Shown here: positions 18,190 to 27,854 of the stretch, piece after piece | How positions within the stretch are numbered: position 1 is the stretch's first letter | Layout of the letters: each line of letters starts with the position of its first letter | From: a virus | Lineage: Duplodnaviria > Heunggongvirae > Uroviricota > Caudoviricetes | Virus record (IMG/VR): IMGVR_UViG_642979322_000008 | Direction: 5' to 3' (one strand) | DNA: 39,386 nt | Program-made: the position numbers and the translations under genes | The notes under the pieces: model-generated | What the model was told of the DNA's origin: nothing | Seen by the model: the letters and a program-made list of their open reading frames with translations, nothing else | Databases searched by the model: none

Positions 18190-19314
18190 ATGAAGACGAA
18201 AAACACGCCCAAACTTGCTTATGCCATTCTGAATGCCATCAGCCTGTCCGCAGACGGGGACGGTGACTGGTGTCAGATCATGCCAGCCGGTCGGGTAAAG
18301 GCCCGTGACGGTCGCCCGGAAAAACCGGCGGAAGGCTGGCTGATCAACCATGCAGCCGTTGAGCGCATGGTCTCCCGTGTTGTGGCGCTCAATCAGCCGG
18401 TGAAAATTGACTACAACCACCAGACCCTGATTGAGGGACATCCGGCACCGGCTGCCGGTTTTGTGATGGCCTCACCGGAGAATTTTCGCTTCAGTGAAGA
18501 GCGAGGTTTCGAGGTGCGCCCGAAGTGGAACCCTCCGGCCCTTGAACATCTGCGTAATAACGAATTCCCCTGGTTTTCACCGGTGATTGGCTATGACGAG
18601 AGCACCGGCGAACCTGTCGAACTTCGGATGCTGGCTATTACCGGTGACCCCGGTCTGACCGGCATGAATCCTGTCGCCGCACTGTCGGCGGATGACCTTT
18701 ATAACGCCTTAAACCCTCCTTTAAAGGATACCTCCATGAATGAGCAATTACGCCAGTTGCTGACGGCGCTCGGTCTGACCGTGGCTGACGGTGACGAATT
18801 TACGCCGGAGCTGGGCACGGCGGCGCTGTCTGCCCTCACCGGGATCAAAACCCGTGCGGATGCACACGACAACCTGAAAACACAGGTCGCCAGTCTGTCG
18901 GCAGAGCTGGAAACCGCAAAAGGCACACCGGCTGGCGGCATTATTGATCTGACGAAATACGTGCCCGTTGAAACGTATAACGCCCTGCGTACCGAATACG
19001 TTGCGCTGTCGGCGCAGCACGGCAGCACCACGCTGGAGCAGGTGCTGGACAAGGCTGAATCCGAAGGGCGCATCTTCAAAAGCGAACGCGGCTATCTGGA
19101 ACAACTGGGCGGGCAGATTGGCGTTGCGGCACTTTCTGCACAGCTTGACGCCCGCCAGCCGGTTGCGGCCCTGACCTCTCTTCAGACCGACACCGTGACC
19201 GTGCCGGATAAAAAGACTGCCACCGCTGCGCTGTCGGCTGAAGATATCGCGGCCGCCAAACTGCTGGGTAAAACCGAAGCCGAGTTCCTGAAAATGAAAG
19301 AGGAAATGCAATAA
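18190..19314 (+). CDS. prohead protease/scaffold, Mu I-like
   Basis: 374-aa ORF upstream of major head gene; Ala/Leu-rich C-terminal scaffold-like half. Confidence 0.75.
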   Translation: MKTKNTPKLAYAILNAISLSADGDGDWCQIMPAGRVKARDGRPEKPAEGWLINHAAVERMVSRVVALNQPVKIDYNHQTLIEGHPAPAAGFVMASPENFRFSEERGFEVRPKWNPPALEHLRNNEFPWFSPVIGYDESTGEPVELRMLAITGDPGLTGMNPVAALSADDLYNALNPPLKDTSMNEQLRQLLTALGLTVADGDEFTPELGTAALSALTGIKTRADAHDNLKTQVASLSAELETAKGTPAGGIIDLTKYVPVETYNALRTEYVALSAQHGSTTLEQVLDKAESEGRIFKSERGYLEQLGGQIGVAALSAQLDARQPVAALTSLQTDTVTVPDKKTATAALSAEDIAAAKLLGKTEAEFLKMKEEMQ

Positions 19315-20261
19315 TGCCTACCCCGATTACACCGGCGATGATCACAGCCCTGATGACGGGCTACCGTTCTGATTTTCAGGCCGGGATGTCCATGGCCCCG
19401 TCGCAGTATAAAAAAATTGCGATGACCGTGCCCTCCACATCGAAATCCAACACCTACGGCTGGCTGGGGCAGTTCCCGCAGTTCCGTGAGTGGATCGGCT
19501 CCCGCGTCATCGAGAAGATGAAAGCCTATGGCTATGCCATCGTGAACAAAACTTTTGAAGGCACTGTCGCCATTAGCCGCGATGACTTCGAAGACGACAA
19601 CCTCGGTATTTATTCCCCGTTGTTCCAGGAGATGGGGCGCGCTGCGGCGGTACAACCGGATGAGCTGGTCTTTGCTGCCCTGCGTGACGGGATCAGTGCG
19701 GCCTGCTATGACGGTCAGAACTTCTTTGATACCGAACATCCGGTTTACCCCAAAGTGGATGGCTCCGGGGATGCGCAGATGGTCAGCAATATGTTTGTGG
19801 CAAAAACCGGCTCTGTCGGCGCACAGGCTGATTACAGCGGTCCGGCCTGGTATCTGCTTGACTGCTCCCGCGCGGTAAAACCGCTGATTTATCAGGATCG
19901 CCGTAAGGCTGAACTGGTTGCCCAGACCAAAGTCGATGAAGGTCGCGCATTCACCGATAACGAATTTGTGTTTGGTGCATCCGCCCGTCGCAATGTGGGC
20001 TACGGCTTCTGGCAGATGGCCTACATGATGCAGTCACCGCTGACGCTGGATGCACTGTGGCACGGCTGGTCAGCCATGCGCGAATTTACCGCTGACGGTG
20101 GCCGCAAACTCGGCATTAAACCCACCCATATTGTTGTCCCCACCTCGCTGGAAAAACAGGCGGTGCAGCTGCTGGAGCGTGAACTGTTCGCAGACGGAAA
20201 CGCAACCGTCTCTAACGAGATGAAGGGTAAGCTGGAGCTGGTTGTCGCGGATTATCTGTAA
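19314..20261 (+). CDS. major head subunit, Mu T-like
   Basis: 315-aa ORF, start overlapping protease stop. Confidence 0.8.
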   Translation: MPTPITPAMITALMTGYRSDFQAGMSMAPSQYKKIAMTVPSTSKSNTYGWLGQFPQFREWIGSRVIEKMKAYGYAIVNKTFEGTVAISRDDFEDDNLGIYSPLFQEMGRAAAVQPDELVFAALRDGISAACYDGQNFFDTEHPVYPKVDGSGDAQMVSNMFVAKTGSVGAQADYSGPAWYLLDCSRAVKPLIYQDRRKAELVAQTKVDEGRAFTDNEFVFGASARRNVGYGFWQMAYMMQSPLTLDALWHGWSAMREFTADGGRKLGIKPTHIVVPTSLEKQAVQLLERELFADGNATVSNEMKGKLELVVADYL

Positions 20262-20304
20262 ACGGTGAGCCGGGCTTACGGCCCGGCCCCTGCGGAGGGC
20301 AAAT

Positions 20305-20733
20305 ATGAATGAACATCACACTGTGGCAGCAACAGATGATTCAGGTCTTCAGGTCAGTGGTGACAATTCTGTCACGGTGCTGGCAGAAGTGCGTTGCAGT
20401 CGTTCGGCGTTTCGTCGTGCGGGGTTCCTGTTCACGCGTGGACGTCAGCAGGTTGAGGTCACCCCGGAGCAGCTTGCCCGACTGGAGGAGGAGCCATGCC
20501 TCACTGTGCGAATACTACAGACGTCTGCTGATGATGCGGGGAGCGTGGCGGGTGTGGTTCATGCAGTGGCCGGTACAGATTTAGCCGAAGCCGAAGCCGA
20601 AGCCGAAGCCGAAGCCGAAGCCGAAGCCGAAGCCGAAGCCGAAGCCGAAGCCGAAGCCGAAGCCGAAGCCGAAGCCGGACAGGATGCTCCCCGGAAAAAG
20701 ACCGGTAACAAAGCGGAACAGGCCCGTGCATGA
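20305..20733 (+). CDS. small head-region protein with (Ala-Glu)15 tract
   Basis: 142-aa ORF with GGAGG RBS; contains in-frame (GCCGAA)15. Confidence 0.55.
   Translation: MNEHHTVAATDDSGLQVSGDNSVTVLAEVRCSRSAFRRAGFLFTRGRQQVEVTPEQLARLEEEPCLTVRILQTSADDAGSVAGVVHAVAGTDLAEAEAEAEAEAEAEAEAEAEAEAEAEAEAEAGQDAPRKKTGNKAEQARA
20584..20673 (+). repeat. perfect hexanucleotide tandem repeat (GCCGAA)x15
   Basis: Seen directly: 15 uninterrupted GCCGAA units followed by GCCGGA. Confidence 0.95.
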
Positions 20734-21149
20734 ATTACGCCACTGAAACCGATATGCGGGCGCGTTACCGCGAGGATTTGCTCAGGCCGTTACTGGCTGT
20801 GCCCCGTTCGGATGAGCCGGACACGCGCAAGCTGAACCGGGCGCTGACAGATGCGTCAGCCCTTATCGACAGCTATCTGTCCGCCCGTTACACGTTGCCG
20901 CTGGAGGTTATTCCGGCCGTTCTTGTTCAGCACTGTTGCGCGATTGCCTTTTATTACCTGTGCGATCAGCGAGCCTCCGATCAGGCGCGTGACCGTTACC
21001 GTGAAGCGCTGGCCTGGCTGAAAGATGTCATGAACGGCAATGTGCCGGTCGGTGTGGATACGAACGGTGCGGCCCCTGAATCCGGGGATTTACCACAGGT
21101 TCAGTCTGATGCAGCGGTATTCGGGCGCAACCAGAAGGGCTTCATATGA
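20730..21149 (+). CDS. head-tail connector/neck protein, Mu gp36-like
   Basis: 139-aa ORF downstream of major head gene. Confidence 0.6.
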   Translation: MNYATETDMRARYREDLLRPLLAVPRSDEPDTRKLNRALTDASALIDSYLSARYTLPLEVIPAVLVQHCCAIAFYYLCDQRASDQARDRYREALAWLKDVMNGNVPVGVDTNGAAPESGDLPQVQSDAAVFGRNQKGFI

Positions 21150-21706
21150 TTACGGAAACCGAACAGGCATACATCGCCCGTATCCGTGAGTATTTCGGGA
21201 ATGAACTGGTGTCTGTTGACACGCATCCCGGCGACTGGAGCGACAGCGTACTGCGCACCATGCTGATTAACGCCCCGGCGATCTACGTTGCCTGGCTGGG
21301 TGCCGGTGAAGGCCGTACCCGTGGTCGCCTGGTCAGTCACTGGGTGTTCTACGTCATCGGCGACATGCTCAACGGGCGTGAGGCCAGCCGTCCCGGACTG
21401 TATCAGATTGTGGCCCGGCTGATTGCCGTGCTTAACGGCTTCAGAACAGAAAAAACCTCACCGCTTTACTTTGAAAAGGCGGTCAACGGTTACACCGAAA
21501 CCCAGGCGGACAGTGGTGCGGTGATGTATGCGCTTTATTTCTCCTGCGAGGAAATGATCGCACCGCTGACCGATACCAGCTCGCTGGACGACTTCCTGCG
21601 TCATTACGAAACCTTTGTGGAGCCGCCCGGTACGCCGCCGTTTGAGGCACATATTGATTTGCCGGGGAACACGACAACGGCGGTCGAACCGCCGGAGGAA
21701 CTGTAA
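21146..21706 (+). CDS. neck/tail completion protein, Mu gp37-like
   Basis: 186-aa ORF overlapping neighbours. Confidence 0.6.
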   Translation: MITETEQAYIARIREYFGNELVSVDTHPGDWSDSVLRTMLINAPAIYVAWLGAGEGRTRGRLVSHWVFYVIGDMLNGREASRPGLYQIVARLIAVLNGFRTEKTSPLYFEKAVNGYTETQADSGAVMYALYFSCEEMIAPLTDTSSLDDFLRHYETFVEPPGTPPFEAHIDLPGNTTTAVEPPEEL

Positions 21707-21952
21707 ATGAAAACCATCTTTATCAAACCCGCGCCGGGACGCCTGATTCGTGATCCCGACACAATGCGCCCGCTGGCACAGGAGGGGGAGGAAAAGCCCT
21801 TTACGCCGTTCTGGTGTCGGCGTCTTGATGACGGCGATGTCATTCAGGCTGAAAAAGCCGCTGAAGAGGCTCCGGCTGTATCTGCGGATGCAACGACTGC
21901 GACAGAAAAACCGGTCGCCCAACCGGCATCCGATAAGGAGAAACCGCAATGA
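21707..21952 (+). CDS. small protein upstream of sheath (Mu gp38-like position)
   Basis: 81-aa ORF, acidic Ala-rich C-terminus. Confidence 0.5.
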   Translation: MKTIFIKPAPGRLIRDPDTMRPLAQEGEEKPFTPFWCRRLDDGDVIQAEKAAEEAPAVSADATTATEKPVAQPASDKEKPQ

Positions 21953-23451
21953 TTAATTTTGACGGGATCGGTAATGACCGCCGTATACCGCTGATTGAGG
22001 TTGAGTTTAATAACTCCATGGCTGTCACCGGCACTCCGGCACAGCGTCAGTGTGTGCTGCTGTTTGGTCAGGCGAGAATGAAAGAGAATGCCGTGGACGG
22101 TGCCGGTGTTCTGGATGTTCCGGTCAGGATCACCCGTGCGTCTCAGGCAACAGAACTCTGGGGGCGCGGCTCCATGATTGCCCTGATGGTGGCGGAATTT
22201 ATCGCCATCAATCCTGATGCTGAACTGTATGCCATTGCTCAGGGGAACGGCACCGGACAGGCAACGGCTGCGGCCATGAATCTGACCGGAACGGTCACCC
22301 GTGACGGGATTGTTTATGCCTGCGTGGGGGGGCGGCGTTATACACTCCCGGCACCAAAAGGTAAGAAAGGCAAAGAACTGACCGACGAGCTGGCCGCGCT
22401 GATCAATGCCGATCCTGACGCGCCCTTCACGGCCTCCTCTGGTGCAGGAAGTGGTGATAATGGCGCAGGTCTGAAAGGGTCTCTGGGGATCACCGCCCGC
22501 TTTACCGGTGAATGCTCCGTTCATGATGTGCGCCTGAACTATCACGACGGGGAAGCAACCCCGGAAGGAATACAGGTCGCTATAGCCTATCCGAAACAAA
22601 AAGCGGCTAACCCGGATATCACCCGAAGCGTGGCGGGTATGGGCGATCGCCAGTACAACTATGTCGTCATGCCCTATAAGGATGATGCAAACCTGAAAAT
22701 CATCAGTGATGAGCTTCTGAAACGCTGGGGACCGGCCAAAATGTCTGACGGCGTGCTGTGGCTGGCACATACCGGCACGTTTGGTGAGGTGCAGGCATTC
22801 GGGGCAAAACGCAATGATTTTCTGGCGACCTGCACATCCATTCCCAAAGCCCCTGAACCGGATTACCTCTGGGCAGCGGCGGTCTGTGCCACCTGTGCAC
22901 CCTCTCTGGGAGCAGATCCTGCGCGTCCGCTTCAGACGCTGGCGCTTCCGTCACGCATGGCCCCGGCTCCGGCCGATCGTCTGACGCGTGAAGAGCGTAA
23001 CAGTCTGCTGTGGGGAGGGATTGCCACGGTCAGTGTGGCTGCCGGTGATGTGGTTCAGATCGAACGTCAGGTGACCATGTATCGCCAGAACGTGTACGGC
23101 GAAAGTGATCCCAGCTATCTGGATGTGGAAACCATCTACACCCTCTCCTGGCTGCGTTATTCCCTGCGTACTTTTATCACACAACGTTTTCCGCGCCATA
23201 AACTGGCTGATGACGGGACGCCCGTTCGTGCCGGTCAGAATATCGTGACGCCGGAGATCATGAAGCTTCAGTTAATTTCGCTGGGTGAAGAGTGGGTGGA
23301 ACTCGGGCTGGTCGAAAATCTGGACACCTTTAAAAAGAATCTGCTTGTGGAGCGTAATGCGTCAGATCGAAACCGTCTTGACGTGTTATGCACGCCGGAT
23401 CTGGTTAACCAGTTCCGCTTCCTGGCAGCACAGATCCGTTTCATTTTGTGA
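21949..23451 (+). CDS. contractile tail sheath protein (Mu L-like)
   Basis: 500-aa ORF directly upstream of tail tube gene. Confidence 0.8.
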   Translation: MINFDGIGNDRRIPLIEVEFNNSMAVTGTPAQRQCVLLFGQARMKENAVDGAGVLDVPVRITRASQATELWGRGSMIALMVAEFIAINPDAELYAIAQGNGTGQATAAAMNLTGTVTRDGIVYACVGGRRYTLPAPKGKKGKELTDELAALINADPDAPFTASSGAGSGDNGAGLKGSLGITARFTGECSVHDVRLNYHDGEATPEGIQVAIAYPKQKAANPDITRSVAGMGDRQYNYVVMPYKDDANLKIISDELLKRWGPAKMSDGVLWLAHTGTFGEVQAFGAKRNDFLATCTSIPKAPEPDYLWAAAVCATCAPSLGADPARPLQTLALPSRMAPAPADRLTREERNSLLWGGIATVSVAAGDVVQIERQVTMYRQNVYGESDPSYLDVETIYTLSWLRYSLRTFITQRFPRHKLADDGTPVRAGQNIVTPEIMKLQLISLGEEWVELGLVENLDTFKKNLLVERNASDRNRLDVLCTPDLVNQFRFLAAQIRFIL

Positions 23452-23459
23452 GGTAAGGC

Positions 23460-23825
23460 ATGAGCGGAAAACAGTATCAGGGTACGGCCACTATCCGTGT
23501 GAACGGTCAGGAATACGAGACGCTTGAGGGGGCTACATTTTCTCCGTCTGGTTTTGAACGTGAAGTGGTGAAAGGCGCGAAAGTCTATGGTTACCGCCAG
23601 AAACCACGTGAAGCGACGCTGGACTGCAAATTTCCGGCAGGCGGAGAAGGTTCACCAGCCGCCGATGAAATCAACAACTGGACTGCGGTCACTATCGAGT
23701 TTGTGGCGGATACCGGCGAAGTCCACATGATGACGAAGGCCTGGAGCAGTGAACCGGCCTCGCTTGACGGTGGCGGGGAGATCTCCGTGAAGTTCGCCAG
23801 CGCCTCCAGTACCCGTGTTCAGTGA
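23460..23825 (+). CDS. tail tube protein (Mu M-like)
   Basis: 121-aa ORF after sheath. Confidence 0.75.
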   Translation: MSGKQYQGTATIRVNGQEYETLEGATFSPSGFEREVVKGAKVYGYRQKPREATLDCKFPAGGEGSPAADEINNWTAVTIEFVADTGEVHMMTKAWSSEPASLDGGGEISVKFASASSTRVQ

Positions 23826-24316
23826 TCAGGAAAAATAAAATGACCACACGTAAGAAAAAAACGGCAGTTTCCGAGGCAGCCGTGATGGAGGCAATCCGGG
23901 AAGCACTTGAGGGGGCTGATCCACGCACTGCCGGGCTGACAGAGCAACTGGCAAAGGGATATGTGGATCTGCTTGATGGTCTGCCGTTTGGTGAGACCCG
24001 TGAATATCGTGTCACGTTCCGGGAACTGACAGCGAAAGACAGTATTGACGCAGAAGCAGAAGCCGAGCGCGTGGTGGAGACAAACAATGGCCCGATGCTG
24101 ATAGCGTCTCCGTCGTTACGCGGTGTTGCACTGCTGCGCCGTCAGATTGCCGCAGTGGGAGACATTGAAGGTCCGTTGTCACCCCGTCAGATTGGACAGT
24201 TAAGCGAGCGCGATCTCTCCCGCCTGATGGCAGCGGTCAGCCTGCTGGATACCGCGCTTGCCGGAAAGCTGGCAGCTGACCGGGGGCGATCAGGCGCAGT
24301 GTCGGGATCAGATTGA
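23822..24316 (+). CDS. tail assembly chaperone; possible frameshift extension to 24440
   Basis: 164-aa ORF between tube and tape measure; overlapping out-of-frame ORF 24258-24440 fills the gap to the tape measure start. Confidence 0.55.
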   Translation: MIRKNKMTTRKKKTAVSEAAVMEAIREALEGADPRTAGLTEQLAKGYVDLLDGLPFGETREYRVTFRELTAKDSIDAEAEAERVVETNNGPMLIASPSLRGVALLRRQIAAVGDIEGPLSPRQIGQLSERDLSRLMAAVSLLDTALAGKLAADRGRSGAVSGSD

Positions 24317-24442
24317 AGAAGCGGCAATTATCCTGGGGATGGTGACAAAAAGCGGTCCGGAATGGGCGCTTAACCTCCCCCTGTCGCAACTTTACCGGCA
24401 CTGCCGACAGACAGAAAAAATCATCAGAACGAAGCAGTAAGT

Positions 24443-26518
24443 ATGGCCCGAAATCTCAGAGCATCTCTGATAGTTGATTTGCTCGGCAATATCTCAGCCA
24501 AATCCCGCCAGTGGTCACAGGAGCTGGGGGCATTCTCACGCTCCGGCCAGGCGGGGCTGGGTGGCCTGGGAAATGCTGCCCGCCGTGCCGGGCAGGAAAC
24601 AGATGTACTCGGAAGCAGGATGCAGCGCACGCTGGCCGGGGTGCGGGGCAGTATCCGCCATGTCACTTCTGATTTTGACCGTCTTCAGGGCAGTATTACC
24701 GGCACCATCGGGCGGATCAGCAATCTTTACGGAATGCTGGCCGGTGGTGCTGCTGTATATGGCTTTAACCGGGGATTTATTCGCCCGGCAGCGGAGATGG
24801 AAACCTATATGATTCGCCTGAACTCCCTTTACAAAGGGGATCGGGCGAAAACTGATGATGTCCGCAGGTGGGCAATACAGAATGCGAAGGAAACCACCTG
24901 GGGGCTGGCTGGCGTCATGCAGGAATATACGTCCAGTCTGGGCTTTGGTATGAGTGACAGGGAGGCCCGAAATTTTGTCACCATGCTTCAGGATCAGGGT
25001 GCCGTGGGCGGCTGGTCACTGTCCGATGCACAGGGGGCATCCCTGCAACTGAAACAGATGTATGCAAGAGGCAGTATTCAGGCGGCGGATGCAAATATTC
25101 TTGCCACCTACGGCATTAATGCCTACCGCGTGCTGGCTGATCGTCTGGGTGTGGACCAGAAAGTGGTCAGAAAACTTGGTGAAAAAGGGCTGCTTGGGCC
25201 GGACAGTATTCGCCTGTTATTTCAGACGCTGGCGGAACAGGCCAGGGGAGCACAAAAGGACGCAATGAATTCCTGGAGTGGCCTGACGGCCATGATGGGT
25301 GACGTCTGGGACCAGTTTGCCCGGGATGTGATGGACAGTGGGCCATTTGAAAAACTGAAGGGTAATCTCAGGGGATTTCTTTCATGGGTTGACAGTGCCA
25401 AATCTGATGGCAGTTACCATTCCCTGGCGGAAAGCACGGCATCAGCCATGAACCAGGGCTTTGAGTATGCCCGTGATGCAGTGACTGGGTTTTATCAGGC
25501 GATCAGAAAGGTACGCGACACGCTTCAGGCTCTGCGGGATGCGGGCTATGGTGATGCGCTGGATCGCATTGGTCAGGGGGCACAGACCGCCGCGAAATAC
25601 CTGCTGTACATGTATCTCGCCACCCGTGCCCTGAAAATGGCGCGGGCTGTCGGAACGGGGATTATACGTCCGGGTGCTGCATTGCTGGGATACGGATTAT
25701 CAGCGGCGGCCTTCCTGACCTCACCTTTCCGGCGCTCTCCTCCGGCCGGAACACCACCAGGCACATATCAGGGACGAGGGCAACGTTTTATAAACTTTCT
25801 TACCGGGGTAAATCCGGCAGCCGTTCAGCCAGTACTTGTAACAAACTGGCCCACAGGAGGACTGTCCGGCACCGGCGCGACCGATACATCCTCAGGCGGA
25901 CGTCAGGGGCGGGGCCGCAGGAAACGCGGACCGGGGCGCGGAAGACCGGTCACGCCTCCCCTGCCACCGTCCCCAGTGCCACCGTCTCCCTCTTCTGGTG
26001 GGGCAGGGTTCTGGGGGCGCATGATGGGGCGCGCCGGTGGGTTACTTTCGTCTGTCGGTAGCCGCATGGGGCTGGGGCGTTTCTCCGGCTTTTTCCGCAG
26101 TGCCGGTGGACTGGCCGGCCGGCTGGGTGGAGGTGCCCTGTGGGCTGGCGCGATGGCAGCCCCGGTTCTGCTGGATGGCAGCGCCAGTGCCACAGACAAG
26201 GGAGAAGCGGTCGGCTCTCTTGCAGGCAGTATTGCCGGTGGTGCGCTGGGGGCGGCAGCCGGACCTGTGGGGATTGCCATTGGTTCTACGGTGGGCAGCT
26301 ATCTCGGTAACTATCTGGGGGGATGGCTGACTGAAGCCTGGCAGAAATTACGGGGCAGTGATGATGAAAGCAGTGGACAGGCGGTACAAAAAGCCTCTGC
26401 CCGTGTGGAGCTGGTTGCCCCGGAAGGGTGGCAGGCTCGCAGTATTGATATTGATGACACGTCCGGTCACGGACTGGATGTGAATGTCTGGAACGGAGGG
26501 AATTATGGCCTCTGGTGA
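24443..26518 (+). CDS. tail tape measure protein
   Basis: 691-aa ORF, Ala/Gly-rich with a Pro/Arg-rich low-complexity segment and a Gly-rich C-terminal part. Confidence 0.75.
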   Translation: MARNLRASLIVDLLGNISAKSRQWSQELGAFSRSGQAGLGGLGNAARRAGQETDVLGSRMQRTLAGVRGSIRHVTSDFDRLQGSITGTIGRISNLYGMLAGGAAVYGFNRGFIRPAAEMETYMIRLNSLYKGDRAKTDDVRRWAIQNAKETTWGLAGVMQEYTSSLGFGMSDREARNFVTMLQDQGAVGGWSLSDAQGASLQLKQMYARGSIQAADANILATYGINAYRVLADRLGVDQKVVRKLGEKGLLGPDSIRLLFQTLAEQARGAQKDAMNSWSGLTAMMGDVWDQFARDVMDSGPFEKLKGNLRGFLSWVDSAKSDGSYHSLAESTASAMNQGFEYARDAVTGFYQAIRKVRDTLQALRDAGYGDALDRIGQGAQTAAKYLLYMYLATRALKMARAVGTGIIRPGAALLGYGLSAAAFLTSPFRRSPPAGTPPGTYQGRGQRFINFLTGVNPAAVQPVLVTNWPTGGLSGTGATDTSSGGRQGRGRRKRGPGRGRPVTPPLPPSPVPPSPSSGGAGFWGRMMGRAGGLLSSVGSRMGLGRFSGFFRSAGGLAGRLGGGALWAGAMAAPVLLDGSASATDKGEAVGSLAGSIAGGALGAAAGPVGIAIGSTVGSYLGNYLGGWLTEAWQKLRGSDDESSGQAVQKASARVELVAPEGWQARSIDIDDTSGHGLDVNVWNGGNYGLW

Positions 26519-27854
26519 CGGTCGTGGTGCGTTCCGTGGTGTGCCGTTCCTCGTCTGGCGTGAGCAGCGCGAACGTGGCGGGCGAAACATTGTCCGTCGG
26601 GAATATCCGTTACGGGAAACCGGTGGTGCAGACGATCTGGGACCTAAACTGGCTGAATTTACGTTCAGTGTACTTGTGATGGGGGATGATGTTCAGACAC
26701 AGCGAAATCGTCTGCGTGATGCCCTTCGTGCTCCCGGTGCCGGGGAGCTGCTTCACCCGGATTACGGCACGTTAAATGTGCTGATAAACAGCTTTGAAAG
26801 TCGTTATAACGCTGCTGAACAGGGCGTGGTTGAGTTCACCATTAATGTCACGCCGGTAAGTGATGATACCGCACCTGCTGTCACACAGGACACGGCCGCC
26901 ATTCTGGAGCAGAAGAGTACCACCGCGCTCGGGAAGGTTTTTGAAACCCTGGAAGCGGGCTGGACGGTGATTTCTGACGGAATGCACGATGTCCAGGCAA
27001 TGACCGAAACCATCAGCGATAAGGTGTCCGCCCTGGAAAATGCCGTTTCCGGCATGGGGATTGTACAGGATATCAGTGCCTTTACTGCCACGTTCACGGC
27101 GCTGAAAGGGAATGCCACGGCATTACTGACAGCACCTTCCCGCATGGCCTCATCTTTTGCGGGGCTTTTCAGTGCCCTGATCACCCTGCCATCGCTGCCG
27201 TCACTGTCTTCAGGAGGCCTGAATACCCGGCCCGGTGGCAGTATCGGCCGGACGACATCCGCCTTCTCTCAGGGAATGCCGCAACTGTACAGGACATTAT
27301 CTTCCCTGCGTTACGTGCTGGATGAGCAGGATAATCCGCAGACTCTCATCGGTCTGACACCGGCAGCACAAAAGAATATTCGTCTGATACGGGCGGTAAT
27401 GCAGAGTGCTGCCGTGGTGGCCCAGGCACAGACCGTGGGAAAACTGCTGGATCAGGTTCTCAGTCAGGAAACCCTGCCGGACAGTGACGCAGCCCACCGT
27501 ACCTGGCCTGTCTGGCTGGAAAGTTCAGTTGATCTTCAGCGCATTAACCGTGACTTAAGCGAAGCGCTCGAACGGCAGGTGATGACACTGTCCGGGCAGG
27601 GGTATACCGCCACGGCGCTGACGCTTCGTGATGCCAGACTGGCACTGACAGAGGATCTGAATACACGGGGAGTTCAGCTACCCGGTGCAACAGTAGTGAC
27701 TGTACGTACCACCGAGCCTGCACTGGTGACCCTGTACCGTGCCACCGGGAACAGTACCGGCTGGCAACGTTTTGTGCGCCGTAACGGTATTGTTGATCCG
27801 CTGTTCATTCCCGGAGGCCATTCAGTGGAGGTGATTAGTGAGCAGCAGGGTTGA
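26505..27854 (+). CDS. DNA circulation protein (Mu N-like)
   Basis: ATG at 26505 after GGAGGG; 450-aa product; position after tape measure. Confidence 0.7.
   Translation: MASGDGRGAFRGVPFLVWREQRERGGRNIVRREYPLRETGGADDLGPKLAEFTFSVLVMGDDVQTQRNRLRDALRAPGAGELLHPDYGTLNVLINSFESRYNAAEQGVVEFTINVTPVSDDTAPAVTQDTAAILEQKSTTALGKVFETLEAGWTVISDGMHDVQAMTETISDKVSALENAVSGMGIVQDISAFTATFTALKGNATALLTAPSRMASSFAGLFSALITLPSLPSLSSGGLNTRPGGSIGRTTSAFSQGMPQLYRTLSSLRYVLDEQDNPQTLIGLTPAAQKNIRLIRAVMQSAAVVAQAQTVGKLLDQVLSQETLPDSDAAHRTWPVWLESSVDLQRINRDLSEALERQVMTLSGQGYTATALTLRDARLALTEDLNTRGVQLPGATVVTVRTTEPALVTLYRATGNSTGWQRFVRRNGIVDPLFIPGGHSVEVISEQQG

Noticed and set aside
20584-20673. Possible CRISPR array
   Set aside because: Unit is 6 bp with no spacers, and no cas genes are nearby; it is a simple in-frame tandem repeat.
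20501-20731. Minus-strand ORF encoding (Leu-Arg)n
   Set aside because: Antisense translation of the (GCCGAA)15 repeat; the plus-strand gene has a proper RBS and genomic context.
21844-22770. Minus-strand 308-aa ORF
   Set aside because: Embedded antisense to the tail sheath gene; low-complexity Gly/Arg-rich translation.
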